Shown one piece after another: positions 1 through 13,574 of a stretch of 64,000 nucleotides of DNA. A model generated the notes under the pieces. It did no database searches and was not told where the DNA came from. It saw only the letters and a list, made by a program, of their open reading frames with translations. A program made the translations under genes and the position numbers. This DNA comes from Octopus vulgaris (Eukaryota), in the NCBI GenBank assembly GCA_951406725.2, contig OX597821.1, positions 68,324,001 through 68,388,000 on the forward strand, read 5' to 3'. Numbering within the stretch: position 1 is the first letter of the stretch; each line of letters starts with the position of its first letter.

Positions 1-377
1 CTAGGATATATTATATCTTATGTGCACTAAACAAACTCTTAAATCAACTTAAATATGCTTGCAGCATATTTGATCTATAAAAAACCATTTTTCACTAGAG
101 CTTGTCATGAAGAAATTTCACGATTTCCTGATTTTCTATAATCGTAATCATAGCTTCTACAGTCATTTCAGGGCTCTCCAGTTTGCGTAGTACCTAGTAT
201 TGATGATAGCCATATTGCTAAAAATGCATTTATCTGAGTATCCAAGGTGTTTTAACTGCTATTGCCTGGAGCGATTGATTTGAAACTTAGATTTTTTGCT
301 TAAAATCTATGTTTAAACTGTGTGTTTTTCTTTTTTGGTATAAGACTTACAATATAGTTTTGGTATCTTTCTAAGTG

Positions 378-418
<41 letters not shown>

Positions 419-479
419 CATACATACAAATACATATACATATAATACTCAACATGAACATACATATATATTGTGTATG

Positions 480-690
480 TGTGTGTGTGTGCGCATGTGT
501 CTTCGTACCAGAGTTTGTCCCCCACAACTGTTTGACAACTGATGTTGGTTTGTTTTCGGACTCGTAACCTATCGGTTCAGCAAAAAGAGAACGACAGAAT
601 AAGTAGCAGGCTTTAAAATAAGCAACCTGTCGATCCGTTCGACTAAAATTCTTCAACGTGGTGTCGTGGTGCACCAGCATGGCCGCATGA
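480..690 (+). mobile_element. CORE-type octopus SINE, degenerate 3' half
   Basis: tttgtccc..ttgacaac..cggttc.gcaaaa.gaga..ga.agaataagta..ggtgcaccagcatggccgca matches the 3' half of the fuller copies at 7737-8123 and 57113-57582. Confidence 0.7.
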
Positions 691-824
691 AGACAACACT
701 ATGCAAGTTATAAGAAATACTTTTACCTTCTATTTCAGTGGAGCTAGGACCCTTTCGGCCCTGAAATACTTTTAAAAAAAGGGTAAAAGTACGAACCATC
801 GACTTGTTTTACTTTTCATAACTA

Positions 825-1045
825 AGCCGACCACCTAGCAGAATTGACATCGCGTCGAACAAAATGTTTAGCGGTATTTCTTCCGGCTCTTAACGTTCTG
901 AGTTCAAATTCTCCCGAGGTCGATCTTGGCTTTCATCGTTTTGGAGTCGATAAAATAAGTACCAGTTGGACACTGGAACTGATGTAATGGACGTGCCCCT
1001 CCTTTAAAATCGCAGACCTTGTGCTAAATTTTAAAGCCATTATTT
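825..1045 (+). mobile_element. Meta/MESC-like tRNA-derived SINE, old-tail subfamily, degenerate
   Basis: ttagcggtatttc..acgttctgagttcaaatt..gaggtcga..tttcatc..gtcgataaaataagtaccag followed by old-type tail ccttgtgctaaattt. Confidence 0.75.
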
Positions 1046-1110
1046 CTTACTACTTGAATGTTTCAGCTTAATAAAAAAGATTAAAAACACTTATACATAT
1101 CAGACGTAAA

Positions 1111-1400
1111 GGCACGTGGCTTAGTGGTTAGAGCAGCGGACTCGCGGTCGAGGGATCGCGGGTTCGAATCTCAGACCGGGCGATGTGTGTGTTTATAGGC
1201 GAAACACGTAAGCACCACGTGACTCCGGAAGAACTACTGCTGACTCTTTCGCTACAAGTTACTCTCAATCCTTTCTCCTGCATCGAGTAAATCACCCGCG
1301 ACGGACCGACATTCCATCCAGGTGGGGAACCTATGACGCCAATGAAACCGGGAAACCGGCCCATATGAGCCAGGTATGGCTAGAGAAGGAACAAACAACA
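1111..1400 (+). mobile_element. tRNA-derived SINE with V-SINE-like central domain
   Basis: A-box tggcttagtgg, B-box ggttcgaatc, ccgcgacggaccgacattccatccagg (V-domain-like), (AAC)-type tail; second copy at 53965-54233. Confidence 0.7.
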
Positions 1401-1427
1401 GCAATACATACCAGACAACAACAACAA

Positions 1428-1466
<39 letters not shown>

Positions 1467-2000
1467 TTAAACATTAACACGAACGACTCAGTCCGAGAAA
1501 ATTATGAAAGACAATTCAGTTAGTAAATAAATATAATTACAGCATTCTTATATTAAATTTCATATTAACAATGTTTTGTGCACTTTGAAACGATTTTGTA
1601 ACAAGATAAAAGCCGAGTCAAAAAATACATTTTTTTTATGTTTATAATTTTAGTAAATAGCTTTCAATTCTCTTGAGGTCAACCAGGAAAAGTAATTTGA
1701 AAAAAATATTAGGATTAGATTTTTGTTTTTAAATTATCGTACAAAATACAATCTAACGCAATTAAAATATTGTAAATATTTTTCCTGTATTAATTTACTG
1801 CTGAAAATCTAATACAACTGTCAACTCAAAGTGACATTACCTTAAGTTTTCAGTAGAAATGTTGTTTTATTCCAATACTGGCTGTTTGGAATCAAGTCTG
1901 AAATTCTTAGTGTAATCAAATACTCCAAGTTTAGCATATTTGATCTCACTAGTTTTTTTTTTCTTTCTTATTTAAACACGTTTAGAGGCACAAAGCTGGC

Positions 2001-3469
2001 GGTATTTCGTCTGCCGTTACGTTCTGAGTTCAAATTCCGCCGAGGTCGACTTTGCCTTTCATCCTTTCGGGGCTGATAAATTAGGTACCAGTTATGCACT
2101 GGGGTCGATATAATCGACTTAATACCTATGTCTGTCCTTGTTTGTCCCCTCTATGTTTAGCTCCTTGTGGGTAATAAAGAAATAGGCATTTCGTCTGCCT
2201 CCACGTTCTGATTTCAAATTCCGCCGAGGTCGACTTTGCCTTTCATTCTTTCGGGGTCAATTAAATAAGTACCAACTACGCACTGGGGTCGATGTAATCG
2301 ACTTAATCTGTTTGTCTGTCCTTGTTTGTCCCCTCTGTGTGTAGCCCCTTGTGAGCAGTAAAGAAATCGTTATTTCGTCTGCCGTTACGTTCTGAGTTCA
2401 AATTCCGCCGAGGTCGACTTTGCCTTTCATCCTTTCGGGGCTGATAAATTAGGTACCAGTTATGCACTGGGTCGATATAATCGACTTAATACCTATGTCT
2501 GTCCTTGTTTGTCCCCTCTATGTTTAGCTCCTTGTGGGTAATAAAGAAATAGGCATTTCGTCTGCCTCCACGTTCTGATTTCAAATTCCGCCGAGGTCGA
2601 CTTTGCCTTTCATTCTTTCGGGGTCAATTAAATAAGTACCAACTACGCACTGGGGTCGATGTAATCGACTTAATCTGTTTGTCTGTCCTTGTTTGTCCCC
2701 TCTGTGTGTAGCCCCTTGTGAGCAGTAAAGAAATCGTTATTTCGTCTGCCGTTACGTTCTGAGTTCAAATTCCGCCGAGGTCGACTTTGCCTTTCATCCT
2801 TTCGGGGCTGATAAATTAGGTACCAGTTATGCACTGGGTCGATATAATCGACTTAATACCTATGTCTGTCCTTGTTTGTCCCCTCTATGTTTAGCTCCTT
2901 GTGGGTAATAAAGAAATAGGCATTTCGTCTGCCTCCACGTTCTGATTTCAAATTCCGCCGAGGTCGACTTTGCCTTTCATTCTTTCGGGGTCAATTAAAT
3001 AAGTACCAACTACGCACTGGGGTCGATGTAATCGACTTAATCTGTTTGTCTGTCCTTGTTTGTCCCCTCTGTGTGTAGCCCCTTGTGAGCAGTAAAGAAA
3101 TAGGTATTTCGTCTGCCGTTACGTTCTGAGTTCAAATTCCGCCGAGGTCGACTTTGCCTTTCATCCTTTCGGGGCTGATAAATTAGGTACCAGTTATGCA
3201 CTGGGTCGATATAATCGACTTAATACCTATGTCTGTCCTTGTTTGTCCCCTCTATGTTTAGCTCCTTGTGGGTAATAAAGAAATAGGCATTTCGTCTGCC
3301 GCCTCGTTCTGAGTTCAAATTCCGCCGAGGTCGACTTTGCCTTTCATCCTTTCGGAGTCGATTAAATAAGTACCAGCTACGTACTGGGGTCGATGTAATC
3401 GACTTAATCTGTTTGTCTGTCCTTGTTTGTCCCCTCTGTGTGTAGCCCCTTGTGGGTAGTAAAGAAATA
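2001..3469 (+). repeat. Tandem array of eight ~184-bp SINE-body units (ABABABAB higher-order dimer, ~367 bp)
   Basis: Unit starts at 2001, 2185, 2369, 2552, 2736, 2919, 3103, 3286; A units ggggctgataaattaggtaccagttatgc, B units ggggtcaattaaataagtaccaactacgc. Confidence 0.95.
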
Positions 3470-4015
3470 GGTATTTCTTCCAGCTCTTTGTGCTCTGAGC
3501 TCAAATCTCGCTGAGGTCGATGCCTATCATTCTTTCGGGATGGATGAAAAAGAAAAAAGATGCACAATTACGTACCGAGATCGATGTAATTGACTAACAC
3601 CCACTTCAATCGCTAGCCTAGTGCCAAAATTTGGAACTTTATGGCGCGAGCTGGCAGAAACCTTCGCACGGCGGACATAATGCTTAGTGCCACTTCTTCC
3701 CGTTTTACGTTCTGAAACTTTGTCTTTTATCAATTCGGGGTCGATAAAATAAGTACCATAATTGACCTGTCCCTTCCCCCAAAATTTCAGGCTTTCTGCC
3801 TGCTATAAAGAGAATAATTAAACATACTAAAAAGCGACAAGCTGCCAAAATCGGTAGCACGCCAGGCAAAAATGCCGAGTAGCGCCTCTTTCAGCCCTTC
3901 ATGAACTCAGGTCAACTTTGCTCTCTGAGGTTAACTTTGCTCTTGTCTTTTCGAGGTTGATAAAATAGAATACTAGTCTAGAATTGCTGGCCTTGTGTCA
4001 AAATTAGAAAACATT
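3470..4015 (+). mobile_element. Cluster of three degenerate old-tail Meta-like SINE copies
   Basis: Heads ggcgcgagctggcagaaac (~3643) and aagctgccaaaatcggtagcacgccagg (~3839); repeated ggggtcgataaaataagtacc and ggccttgtg.caaaatt motifs. Confidence 0.7.
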
Positions 4016-4939
4016 TTTTAACATGTTGGACAATGTTTATTAAATTAAATAAAAGCTTAGGAGTACAAGCCTATAGCCTGAGACACAAGGGGTTAATCGT
4101 ATGGTTATTAATTAACATGGAGTTTCATCGAATGATCGTATTGATATGTTATATCTTCTGCAATGCAATCTAACGAAGTTCATAATTACTGAGTGATTTA
4201 GGGGTCACCTATTTTAATAAATTCAGAGCTCAGTTATGAGGTATATCTTTGCCGTATAGCAAGGACCGTCTTAACAGCATTATAGGTCCCCAAGCAAATT
4301 AGATCAAGGTATGCAGGTCAAAGTTTGGTGCTTGGATTCGTGAGGAACCTGGACAACTGCACAGTATGCCCATGCCTTATATGGACACTGCATACAAGCT
4401 ATTCCAACCACAAAACACTTTTCGGTCTAAGAGCAAAACCATTTCGCTTCGTTTATTCTACTAGAAGAATAAAAACTGGAGAATTTGATCCCAATATGCA
4501 GACAGGATAGTCACTGTCGAAATGTATTTTATTATTGCTACATCAGGGGCAAAGCATCAACTAAAAGAGGCTATATGTAGCAGGTTAACCTGCTAGAGAT
4601 AGCAATCAAATATCACACAAATCATATTACACTATCTTCATAATGGATAAACTGAAGAATGTAGTCGTCTTATCAGAATAAGTGATAGTCATATCTAGTC
4701 CTCCCTATTATAGGGCAACCCCAAGATAAAAATTAGTAGTAAAATTTCTTTAAAATCACACACCTAACCGTCTTCAAAAGGGAAGGCTTTGTTAAACAAT
4801 ATAGTCCTTCATTTACAAACAGAAAAGATAATCACATCTGGAAAACTGTTTAGTGTAGGGCTCTCCGATCAGGGCCAAACTTAACGTGTGAAAGCGTATG
4901 AGAAATTAAAGAAATGAATAGGTTTCTTGAGATTTATAA

Positions 4940-7659
4940 CTGTAATATTTTCACCGAAAATTTTACCCAAAAATTTTTCCAAAATTTTCACCAAAAATTT
5001 TCCGAAAATTTTTTGAAAATTTTTGCCGAAAATTCTCCCCAAAAATTTTTCGAAAATTTACCGAATATTTTCACCGCAAATTTTCCCCAAAAGTTTTTGC
5101 CGAAAATTTTCCCCAAAGGTTTTTCGAAAATTTTCACCGAAATTTTACCCAAAAATTTTACGAAAATTTTCCACAAAAACTTTTCGAAGAGTTCCAGTGA
5201 AAATTGTACCAAAAAATTTTTGGAAAATTATACCCAAAAATTTTACGAAAATTTTCCCCAAAAATTTTTCGAAAATTTTCGAAAAGTTTTTGGTGAAAAT
5301 ACTTGGTGAAAATTTTCGAAAAATTTTTGGGTAAAATTTTCGGTGAAAACTTTCAAAGGATTTTTGGGTAAAATTTTCCCCAAAAATTTTTCGAAAATTT
5401 TACCCAAAAATCTTTCGAAAGTTTTCACCGAAAATTTTACCCAAAAATTTTTCGAAAATTTTCACCAAGTATTTTCACCAAAAACTTTTCGAAAATTTTC
5501 ATGGAAAACTTTCCCCAAAAATTTTTGCCGAAAATTTTCCCCAAAGATTTTTCGAAAATTTTCACAGAAATTTTTAAAAATTTTACGAAAATTTTCCCAA
5601 AAACTTTTCGAAGAGTTCCACTGAAAATTGTACCAAAAAATTTTTCGAAACTTTTCCTAAAAACCAAAAATTTTACGAAAATTTTCACCGAAAATTTTCA
5701 CAGAAATTTTTCAAAAATTATCACTGGAAATTTTCCCAAAAAATTTTTCCGAAATTTACACCGAAAATTTTACCTAAAAATTTTAGCGGTGCCAAAATCA
5801 CAAATTATGGCCTTCCATACTTTATGATTTTGGCATCGCTGGCCTTCCATACTTTTTGATTTTGGCACCGCTGGCCATCCATACTTTTTGATTTTGGCTC
5901 CGCTGGCCCTCCATACTTTTTGATTTTGGCACCGCTGGCTTTCCATACTTTATGACTTTGGCACAGCTAGCCTTACATACTTAGTGATTTTAGCACCGCT
6001 GGCCTTGTGATTTTTAGAATATTTTTACCCAAAATTTTTCCAAAATTTTCAACAAAAATTTTTGCCGAAAATTTTCACCAAAAATATTTGCCGAAAATTT
6101 TCCCCAAAGATTTTTCGAAAATTTTCACCGAAATTTTACCCAAAAATTTTACGAAAATTTTCCACAAACTTTTCGAAGAGTTCCAGTGAAAATTGTACCA
6201 AAAAATTTTTGGAAAATTTTACCCAAAAATTTTACGAAAATTTTCCCCAAAAATTTTTCGAAAATTTTCCACAAGTTTGTAAAGCAGAATCTGGTGTATC
6301 GGGGATGGTGAGGCTTCTTGACTGTAATATTAAACCAGAATTCACTCTATACACAGAAAGCAGCAGCAAGAGCCACATAAAAATCTATTTTTAGCCATAA
6401 CATCTATTTTTAGATCGGGTAAAACTTTCGACAAATTTTTGGGCAAAATTTTCGAAAACTTTTTGTGTAAAATTTTCGGTGAAAATTTTCGAAAAAGTTT
6501 TGGGGAAAATTTTCGGTGAAAATTTTCGACAAACTTGTGGAAAATTTTCGAAAAATTTTTGGGGAAAATTTTCGTAAAATTTTTGGGTAAAATTTTCCAA
6601 AAATTTTTTGGTACAATTTTTACTGGGATTCTTCGTAAAATTTTTGGGTTGAAAATTTTCGAAAAATCTTTGGGGAAAATTTTCGGCAAAAATTTTTGGT
6701 GAAAATTTTCGAAAAATTTTGGGTAAAAATATTCGAAAAATCACAAGGCCAGCGGTGCCGAAATTACAAAGTATGGAAGGCTAACTGTGCCAAAATCACA
6801 AAGTATGGAAGGCCAGCTGTGCCAAAATCAAAAAGTATGGAGGGCCAGCGGAGCCAAAATCAAAAAGTATGGAAGGCCAGCGGTGCCAAAATCAAAAAGT
6901 ATGGAAGGCCAGCTGTGCCAAAATCATCATCCCCGAAATTTACCGAAATATTTCACCAAAAATTTTTGCCGAAAATTTTCAACAAAAATTTTCGCCGATA
7001 ATTTTCCCCGAAAATTTTCTGAAAAGTCTGTCGAAAATTTAACCCAAAAATTTTTCGAAAATTTTCCGCAAAAGTTTTCAAAAACTATCACTGGAAATTT
7101 TCCCAAAAAATTTTTGCAAAATTTTCACAGAAAATTTTACCTAAAAATTTTAGCAGTGCCAAAATCATAAATTATGGCCTTCCATACTTTTGATTTTGAC
7201 ATAATTTACTTAAAATTTTCACCAAAAATTTTTCCGAAAACTTTCCCCAAAAATTTTTGCCGAAAATTTTCCCCAAAGATTTTTCGAAAATTTTCACAGA
7301 AATTTTACCTAAAAATTTTACGAAAATTTTCCCCAAAAACTTTTCGAAGAGTTCCACTGAAAATTGTACCAAAAAATTTTTCGAAACTTTTCCCTAAAGA
7401 TTTTTCGAAAATTTTCACCGAAAATTTTAACCAAAATTTTTACGAAAATTTTCCCCAAAAATTTTTCGAAAATTTTCCCCAGAAATTTTTGGCAGAGTTT
7501 CACTGAAAATTTTACCAAATAATTTTTCGAAAATTTTCACCAAAAGTTTTCTCCAAAAACTTTTCGAAAATTTTCACGGAAAATTTTCCAGTTTTCACCG
7601 AAAATTTTAGCGAAAATTTTCCCCAAAAATTTTTCGAAAATTTTACCCCAAAATCTTTC

Positions 7660-7662
<3 letters not shown>
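4940..7662. repeat. Complex satellite of ~11-12-bp gaaaattttc(g/c)-type units with an internal inverted duplication
   Basis: Continuous ttttcgaaaa/aaaatttt units; arms ~5826-6280 and ~6529-6926 are reverse complements around a ~140-bp unique spacer plus further inverted satellite. Confidence 0.9.
5826..6006 (+). repeat. 32-bp minisatellite (gattttggcaccgctggccttccatacttttt) x~6
   Basis: Units start at 5826, 5858, 5890, 5922, 5954, 5986; inverted copy at 6742-6926. Confidence 0.9.
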
Positions 7663-7736
<74 letters not shown>

Positions 7737-7738
<2 letters not shown>

Positions 7739-8122
7739 CTCCTTTACTCTTTTACTTGTTTCAGTCATTTGACTGCGGCCATGCTGGAGCACCGCCTTTA
7801 ATCGAGCAACTCGACCCCGGGACTTATTCTTTTGTAAGCCCAGTACTTATTCTATCGGTCTCTTTTGCCGAACCGCTAGGTGACGGGGACATTAACACAG
7901 CAGCATCGGTTGTCAGGCAATGCTAGGGGACAAACACAGACACACAAATACACACACGCATACACACACATATATATATATATATACATATATACGACGG
8001 GCTTCTTTCAGTTTCCGTCTATCATATCTACTCACAAGGCTTTGGTCGGCCCGAGGCTATAGTAGAAGACACTTACCCAAGGTGCCACTCAGTGGGACTG
8101 AACCCGGAACCATGCGGTTGGT

Positions 8123-8123
<1 letters not shown>
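7737..8123 (-). mobile_element. CORE-type octopus SINE, near full length
   Basis: Minus strand: B-box ggttcagtccc, CORE-like ggcaccttgggtaagtgtctt, internal (TA/TG) microsatellite, 3' gactgaaacaagtaaaagagta tail. Confidence 0.9.
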
Positions 8124-8179
<56 letters not shown>

Positions 8180-8261
8180 TGCATGTATGTATACATACAC
8201 ACGCTGCGCACACGTATATAATACATACATACATGTGTGTGAGTGTATGTTTGCATGTGTG

Positions 8262-8319
<58 letters not shown>

Positions 8320-8339
8320 TGTACGCATCAATGTATGTA

Positions 8340-8495
8340 TGTATGTATGTAGGAATATAGGTAGGTAGGCATGTAGGTAGGTAGGTAGGTAGGTAAGTAG
8401 GTATATATATATAGGTAGGTAGGTAGGTAGGTAAGTAGGTAGGTAGGTAGGTAGGTAGGTAGGTAGGTAGGTAGGTAGGTAGGTAGGTAGGCAGG
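8340..8495. repeat. (GTAG)n tetranucleotide microsatellite within a compound TA/TG tract
   Basis: Direct inspection. Confidence 0.95.
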
Positions 8496-8865
8496 CATGA
8501 AAGGGAAACGAGCCACATAATTTGTACTGAGAAATCCTCTTTAACTGCTTTAATTGATGTGCGTGTGCATGTGTGTGTGAGTGCGTGCGAGTGTACGTGT
8601 GTGCAGCTGTGAGTGCGCGTGCGTTTATGCAGCCGTGAGTGTGTGCACTGCACAAACAGCGTCAAAGGAATCATCCACGACGCAGGATTATCTATGTGTT
8701 TATCCCTCCTACTCCCACAATCTACTTACACTTTAGCTAAAACACATAACCACTAAAATTCCTTCTCTGCACGTCTCATAAGGGGTAAACACGTATATTT
8801 ACGCACTGTGAAGCATCAGTCCACATACATGCTTATACGCAAGATTAAGTTATACATACACGCAG

Positions 8866-8912
<47 letters not shown>

Positions 8913-9042
8913 TACACACACAAACACACACACACACATACGCAATATCCCTGCAAAACCTAAGTGTGCATGTAAATACAATACAAATTTATCGACCAAA
9001 ATTTACATCCAGTATATATATACATATATAGATATGTGTGTA

Positions 9043-9090
<48 letters not shown>

Positions 9091-9130
9091 TGTATGTATA
9101 TATATATATATATATGCACACACACACACA

Positions 9131-9163
<33 letters not shown>

Positions 9164-9187
9164 TTGTGTGTGTATAAATGTGTGTGC

Positions 9188-9232
<45 letters not shown>

Positions 9233-9242
9233 TGTATGGATT

Positions 9243-9281
<39 letters not shown>

Positions 9282-10338
9282 CACGTATTATTTAGAAAAC
9301 TCTACTTCACACTTGCCCACCATCATCATAACTCATCTAGAAATGAACGCCATTTTAATCATTAATCTCACCCCGCACCCAACTCCACCACCACCACCAC
9401 CACATCCCCATGACCAGTACCCTTGTATTTACTATCATCACTAATGACACCATTACTATTAAAAACTACATCATTGCTCTTCACTTCACCACTTATACCA
9501 CCACAAATACAATACCATTGCTATAATCAGCATTTTTACAACATTACCCCGACTCTCAGCCATTATTACTACGACTACAGCTAAGTACTATTATCACCGC
9601 ACCAACCACCAGCCGCCGTCACCACCACCCTTTCATATTTACAAACACCCCATCGACATCACTACCACCACTACCACCGCTTCTACTTCTATTTAAGACA
9701 CAGTCAGCCGTTCGTTCTAGAGGGACTGAAGCCATTAGCGAAGGCTCTTTTGCGATACCATTGTTAGAACGAAGCAAATGCTATAGGAATGGTAAGAAGG
9801 TAGTTTATGGAATGAAAGATGCAGATAGGAATGAATGATGGGCAAGCAAGCATGTAGTGGATGATCGAGGTGGGTGAGATCGGAGGATGGGAAAGGGACG
9901 AGGGGGAAGAAGGGGATTAAGGGGTCGGATAAGGGGGAGGAGGTTGGAATGATAGTAAATGTATTCGGGGTGAGAAAGGAGCAGATTATGCGAACCACTA
10001 ATAAGTGAAGTAAAGGAAAAGAGGGAAAGAGAAGCGAAGCACTGGGCGTTGTGTTCATCAGAAGTGTGACAGTTCTATTTCCTTTTAATGGTTTTTTTTC
10101 TTCCTCTCCTTCTCCCCAGACTTCCATACACCGGTCTCTCGGGGATTGCGTTGACAAGTTATTCCTGTCAACTGATTATTGTGTGACGGTGACAGAATCG
10201 CAACACCTTTTTTTTTTTTTTGGTAATTTTTGTGGGTTGTTTTGTTTTGCATTTTATCTCTTATTTCTCATATACGTATATGTGTGTGTGTATTTGTGCG
10301 TATCTAGTACATTACATACACACACAAATATATGTCTC

Positions 10339-10421
<83 letters not shown>

Positions 10422-10460
10422 GAGTGTATGTGTATATACATATATATATATACACACATA

Positions 10461-10505
<45 letters not shown>

Positions 10506-10974
10506 CACACACACAAATACACACACGCACACACACAAATATATATATATATATATATATACAATGTGTGTGTGTATACATTTATATATATATAGTTATA
10601 TGTCTGTATATATATATATATATATACGTGTGTGTGTGTGTGTGTGTGCTTTTTTATCGCTAATTTGGCGTCCGTTCTGAGCGTTGATGGCGTTGATGTT
10701 ATTACAGGTGGTGACGGATATTCACAATGCCCGCTATTCTCGTAGTACGAATTTGTCAGTCAAATCGACATTGCCGGTGGCAGAGGGTGGGATGTGTGAT
10801 CGTAAATTTGTATTGTACTATTAAGTAGTGTTGCGGTGAACTGTAATCCTTGGTATTGGTAGCGAGGTGGTGATTGTCACCAGTGTTAGTTTTGAAGGGA
10901 GCGTTTAGTAGGGGCTTAGGGCAAAATATATTTTATTCATGATCAAGCCAGCTGGTTATTTCTGAAAATATACA

Positions 10975-11125
10975 TAGGAGTAGGCGGGGCTCTTGTGGTA
11001 AGTTTGCCTACCAACCACATGGTCCTCGATTCAATCCCACTGCGCGGTACCTTTGGCAAGTGTCTACTGCTATAGTCTCGGGCCGACCAAAGCCTTGTGA
11101 GTGGAATTGGTAGGCGGAAACTGAA
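10975..11125 (+). mobile_element. CORE-type SINE 5' half, interrupted by a DNA transposon
   Basis: gtggtaag..ccaaccacatgg..ggtacctttggcaagtgtct..ccgaccaaagccttgtgagtgg..ggaaactga. Confidence 0.8.
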
Positions 11126-12017
11126 CAGGGTGCAATGGGTAAATTATTGCCATTTTATATTTTTCATTTAGCGCTTGCGCATTGGTTGATTTTTTTTTTT
11201 ATTTTGCCAACTAGAGAGTATAGTAGGGTCAGTGGGGGCACCGTTAGTGAGAAAAACAGTGCCATGATGCAATTCACTCTGCCAGAAATTTAGAAACAGT
11301 ATGCTGTACTACTTGGAATTCTCGCCAGAAGCTCTCATACGAACAAATCGTGAACACACAGAACAACCGTCAGCTTGCCGTGTCCAAAAAACATTTACGG
11401 AGAGTGATAAAAATCAAACATCCAGTCAACATCATGGTGTTTGGAGTGATTACTAGTGATGGCGATGCTATGACACCATTCATCTTCCCACAGCCTCACA
11501 ATCAACACGGAGGCCCCCGTCAAGTACCTGGGAAAGGTAGGGCTGCCCTAAGTCAAGAGGTTGGCTGCTGGAAGACCCTAAGTCTGGCAACAGGACTCTG
11601 CACCATGTCACACAAGCAGGAGAACCCAATCATGGCTGTCAGACAATTTCTGCGACATTACCCCTAACATCTGGCCACCTTACTCCCCAGACTGCAGCCC
11701 ACTTGATTATTATGTATGAGGTGCAGTTGTGCGAGAGACCATCAAAACTACTTGTAACACTAAAGATGAACTGAAGACAAGGATTATGATAGCATTCACC
11801 AACTTAAACAAGGATACCGTCCAGGAGAGTTACAAGAGATTCTGAAGTCGTAATAAGGCTGTAGTTGAAGCCAATGGAGATTTTATTGAATAAATTTACT
11901 CTTTATTATTTTTAGATATTTTTATGTAATTTTGGTAAATATATCCTGTTAAAATGAGATGTCAGTGTTATTTTCATTTTTGCGTAAGTTAGACGGCAAT
12001 ATATTCACCGCACTCTG
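11126..12017 (+). mobile_element. Decayed Tc1/mariner-superfamily transposon (maT/DD37D-like), internally deleted
   Basis: Imperfect TIRs cagggtgc../..gcactctg|TA; peptides KHPVNIMVFGVITSDG and VWQQDSAPCHTSRRTQSWL...IWPPYSPDCSPLDYYV*GAV...EANGDFIE*; stops and frameshifts. Confidence 0.85.
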
Positions 12018-12639
12018 TATCCTTGCTCCTGGGTTCGATCCCACAGCTTAGCACCTCGCGTCTCATTTGCGATAGCCTCGAGTTAGCTAAACCCTGTGAA
12101 TTAAATTCAGTAGAAGGAAATTGTTCGGCAGTAAGCCAGATTGGCTGTAGCTATAATTCAAAAACAATTCAGCTTTAACGTACATCGTACCATGTTGGTT
12201 CTACAACCAAGTGATAACCCAATACATACATTGTGTCCTGTACGGAGAAAGCGATATTAACGAAAGAACTGCACAGAAATGTTTTTACGCTTCAACAGCG
12301 GAGTGAGGGGGGGAGGAATTCGATCTCACAGACACTCCACGTTTCGGTCAACCTACTCACTCCAATAAGGGTCAACTGAACGAGCCCATCCATAAGAATC
12401 CGTACAAACCCTCACGGGAATTGGCCAACCAAATGAAATATTGTTATGATACCATTGCTCTTTTCATCGTAATATGTCTGAAAAGAAGAAACATTTATTC
12501 AAAATTCAAAATCGATAATTAAAAGTTGGAGAGGAAAAATACAGCTACGAGAAACAGTACAGTAGGAAGATGGCATCAAAATACATGGTTTGCATATTTC
12601 TAATCTAAAGTATGCAAATAATACTGTTCTACTTGCCAA

Positions 12640-13330
12640 GACTGAAGCCTGACTACAAGAAACGATATGAGGTTTCAAATATGCATGGTCTTTATCTCAA
12701 CCGTAAGAAAGTCGTGGTAGTAGAAAAAGAGAAAGTAAATGATAACATTAACCTGGATGGTGAGAGGGTCGAACAGGTGGAATTGTGCAAGTATCGTGGG
12801 ACCCAAATCTCTAATGAAATCCCATGTAAGAAAGAAATTAGGACAAGGATAGCCATGGCAAAAACATCCATGGAAAAGCTTAATAACATTTGGACCAGCA
12901 AAAGTGACCCAAGTTAAAATTAAGACTAATGCGAACGTTCATTTAGCTAATAAGTATTTATGGTTGCGAAGTATGAACTCTGACCAAATTTGAAGAGAAA
13001 ATAATCAATGAGTTTGAAATGTGGGTGTATAGGAGAATGTTCCAAGTTCCTTACAATGATCATCGGACAGATGAATGTGTGTTACATTGTTCTAAAGCCA
13101 ACGGCTCATCTATTATAGCCATATTCGAAGAAAAAGTGCTTTGGAAAATATTATCATGGAAGGAAGAGTAAAGGGTAATATATCAAGATGCAGGCAAAGA
13201 ACGCAATGGATGGGTAATATCAAGAGCTGTTTGGACAAGAATGGCAAGGCAACTAGAGAACACGCGCTTAATTGAGGTTTTCATTGTAGTGTCATCAATG
13301 CGCTGCAGGTGTACGATATGGCATAACGAC
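12640..13330 (+). mobile_element. RTE-clade LINE 3' fragment (post-RT region), degenerate
   Basis: GLYLNRKK..EQVELCKYRGTQIS..KEIRTRIAMAK..LNNIW; IYGCEV*TL..EFEMWVYRRM; IMEGRVKG..RQRTQWM. Confidence 0.85.
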
Positions 13331-13574
13331 GACCGGAAAGAAAAGTACAAATTTATCAGACAATCTAATACGTATTTATGTTTGTTTGTATGAATGTCTT
13401 CTTGAGGGGGGAGAGGGTTCTGTGTTTTTAGGGGCTTTTTTCTTTTTTTTCAGGCTTAGAAACAAAACCCTTCCACTAGAATTTAGACACCAACGGAGTA
13501 GTCAGATATGAATATATATAGTATATGTTTGTATGTATCACGTATGTTTGCATGTATGTGTATCTGTGTTTGCA

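Noticed and set aside
1111-1185. tRNA gene (also 53965-54035)
   Set aside because: A/B boxes are present but there is no closing acceptor stem, and it continues into a SINE body shared by both copies.
2001-3469. 184-bp array as CRISPR or a tRNA/5S cluster
   Set aside because: Units are headless SINE bodies matching dispersed copies.
5826-6006. 32-bp repeats as a CRISPR array
   Set aside because: Head-to-tail without unique spacers, no cas genes, eukaryotic context.
4914-7518. Overlapping K/F/N/E-rich ORFs on both strands
   Set aside because: Stop-poor satellite; open in several frames simultaneously.
10100-10810. Plus-strand splice acceptors at ~10119 and ~10708
   Set aside because: No convincing donor or recognisable peptide; unsupported without RNA data.
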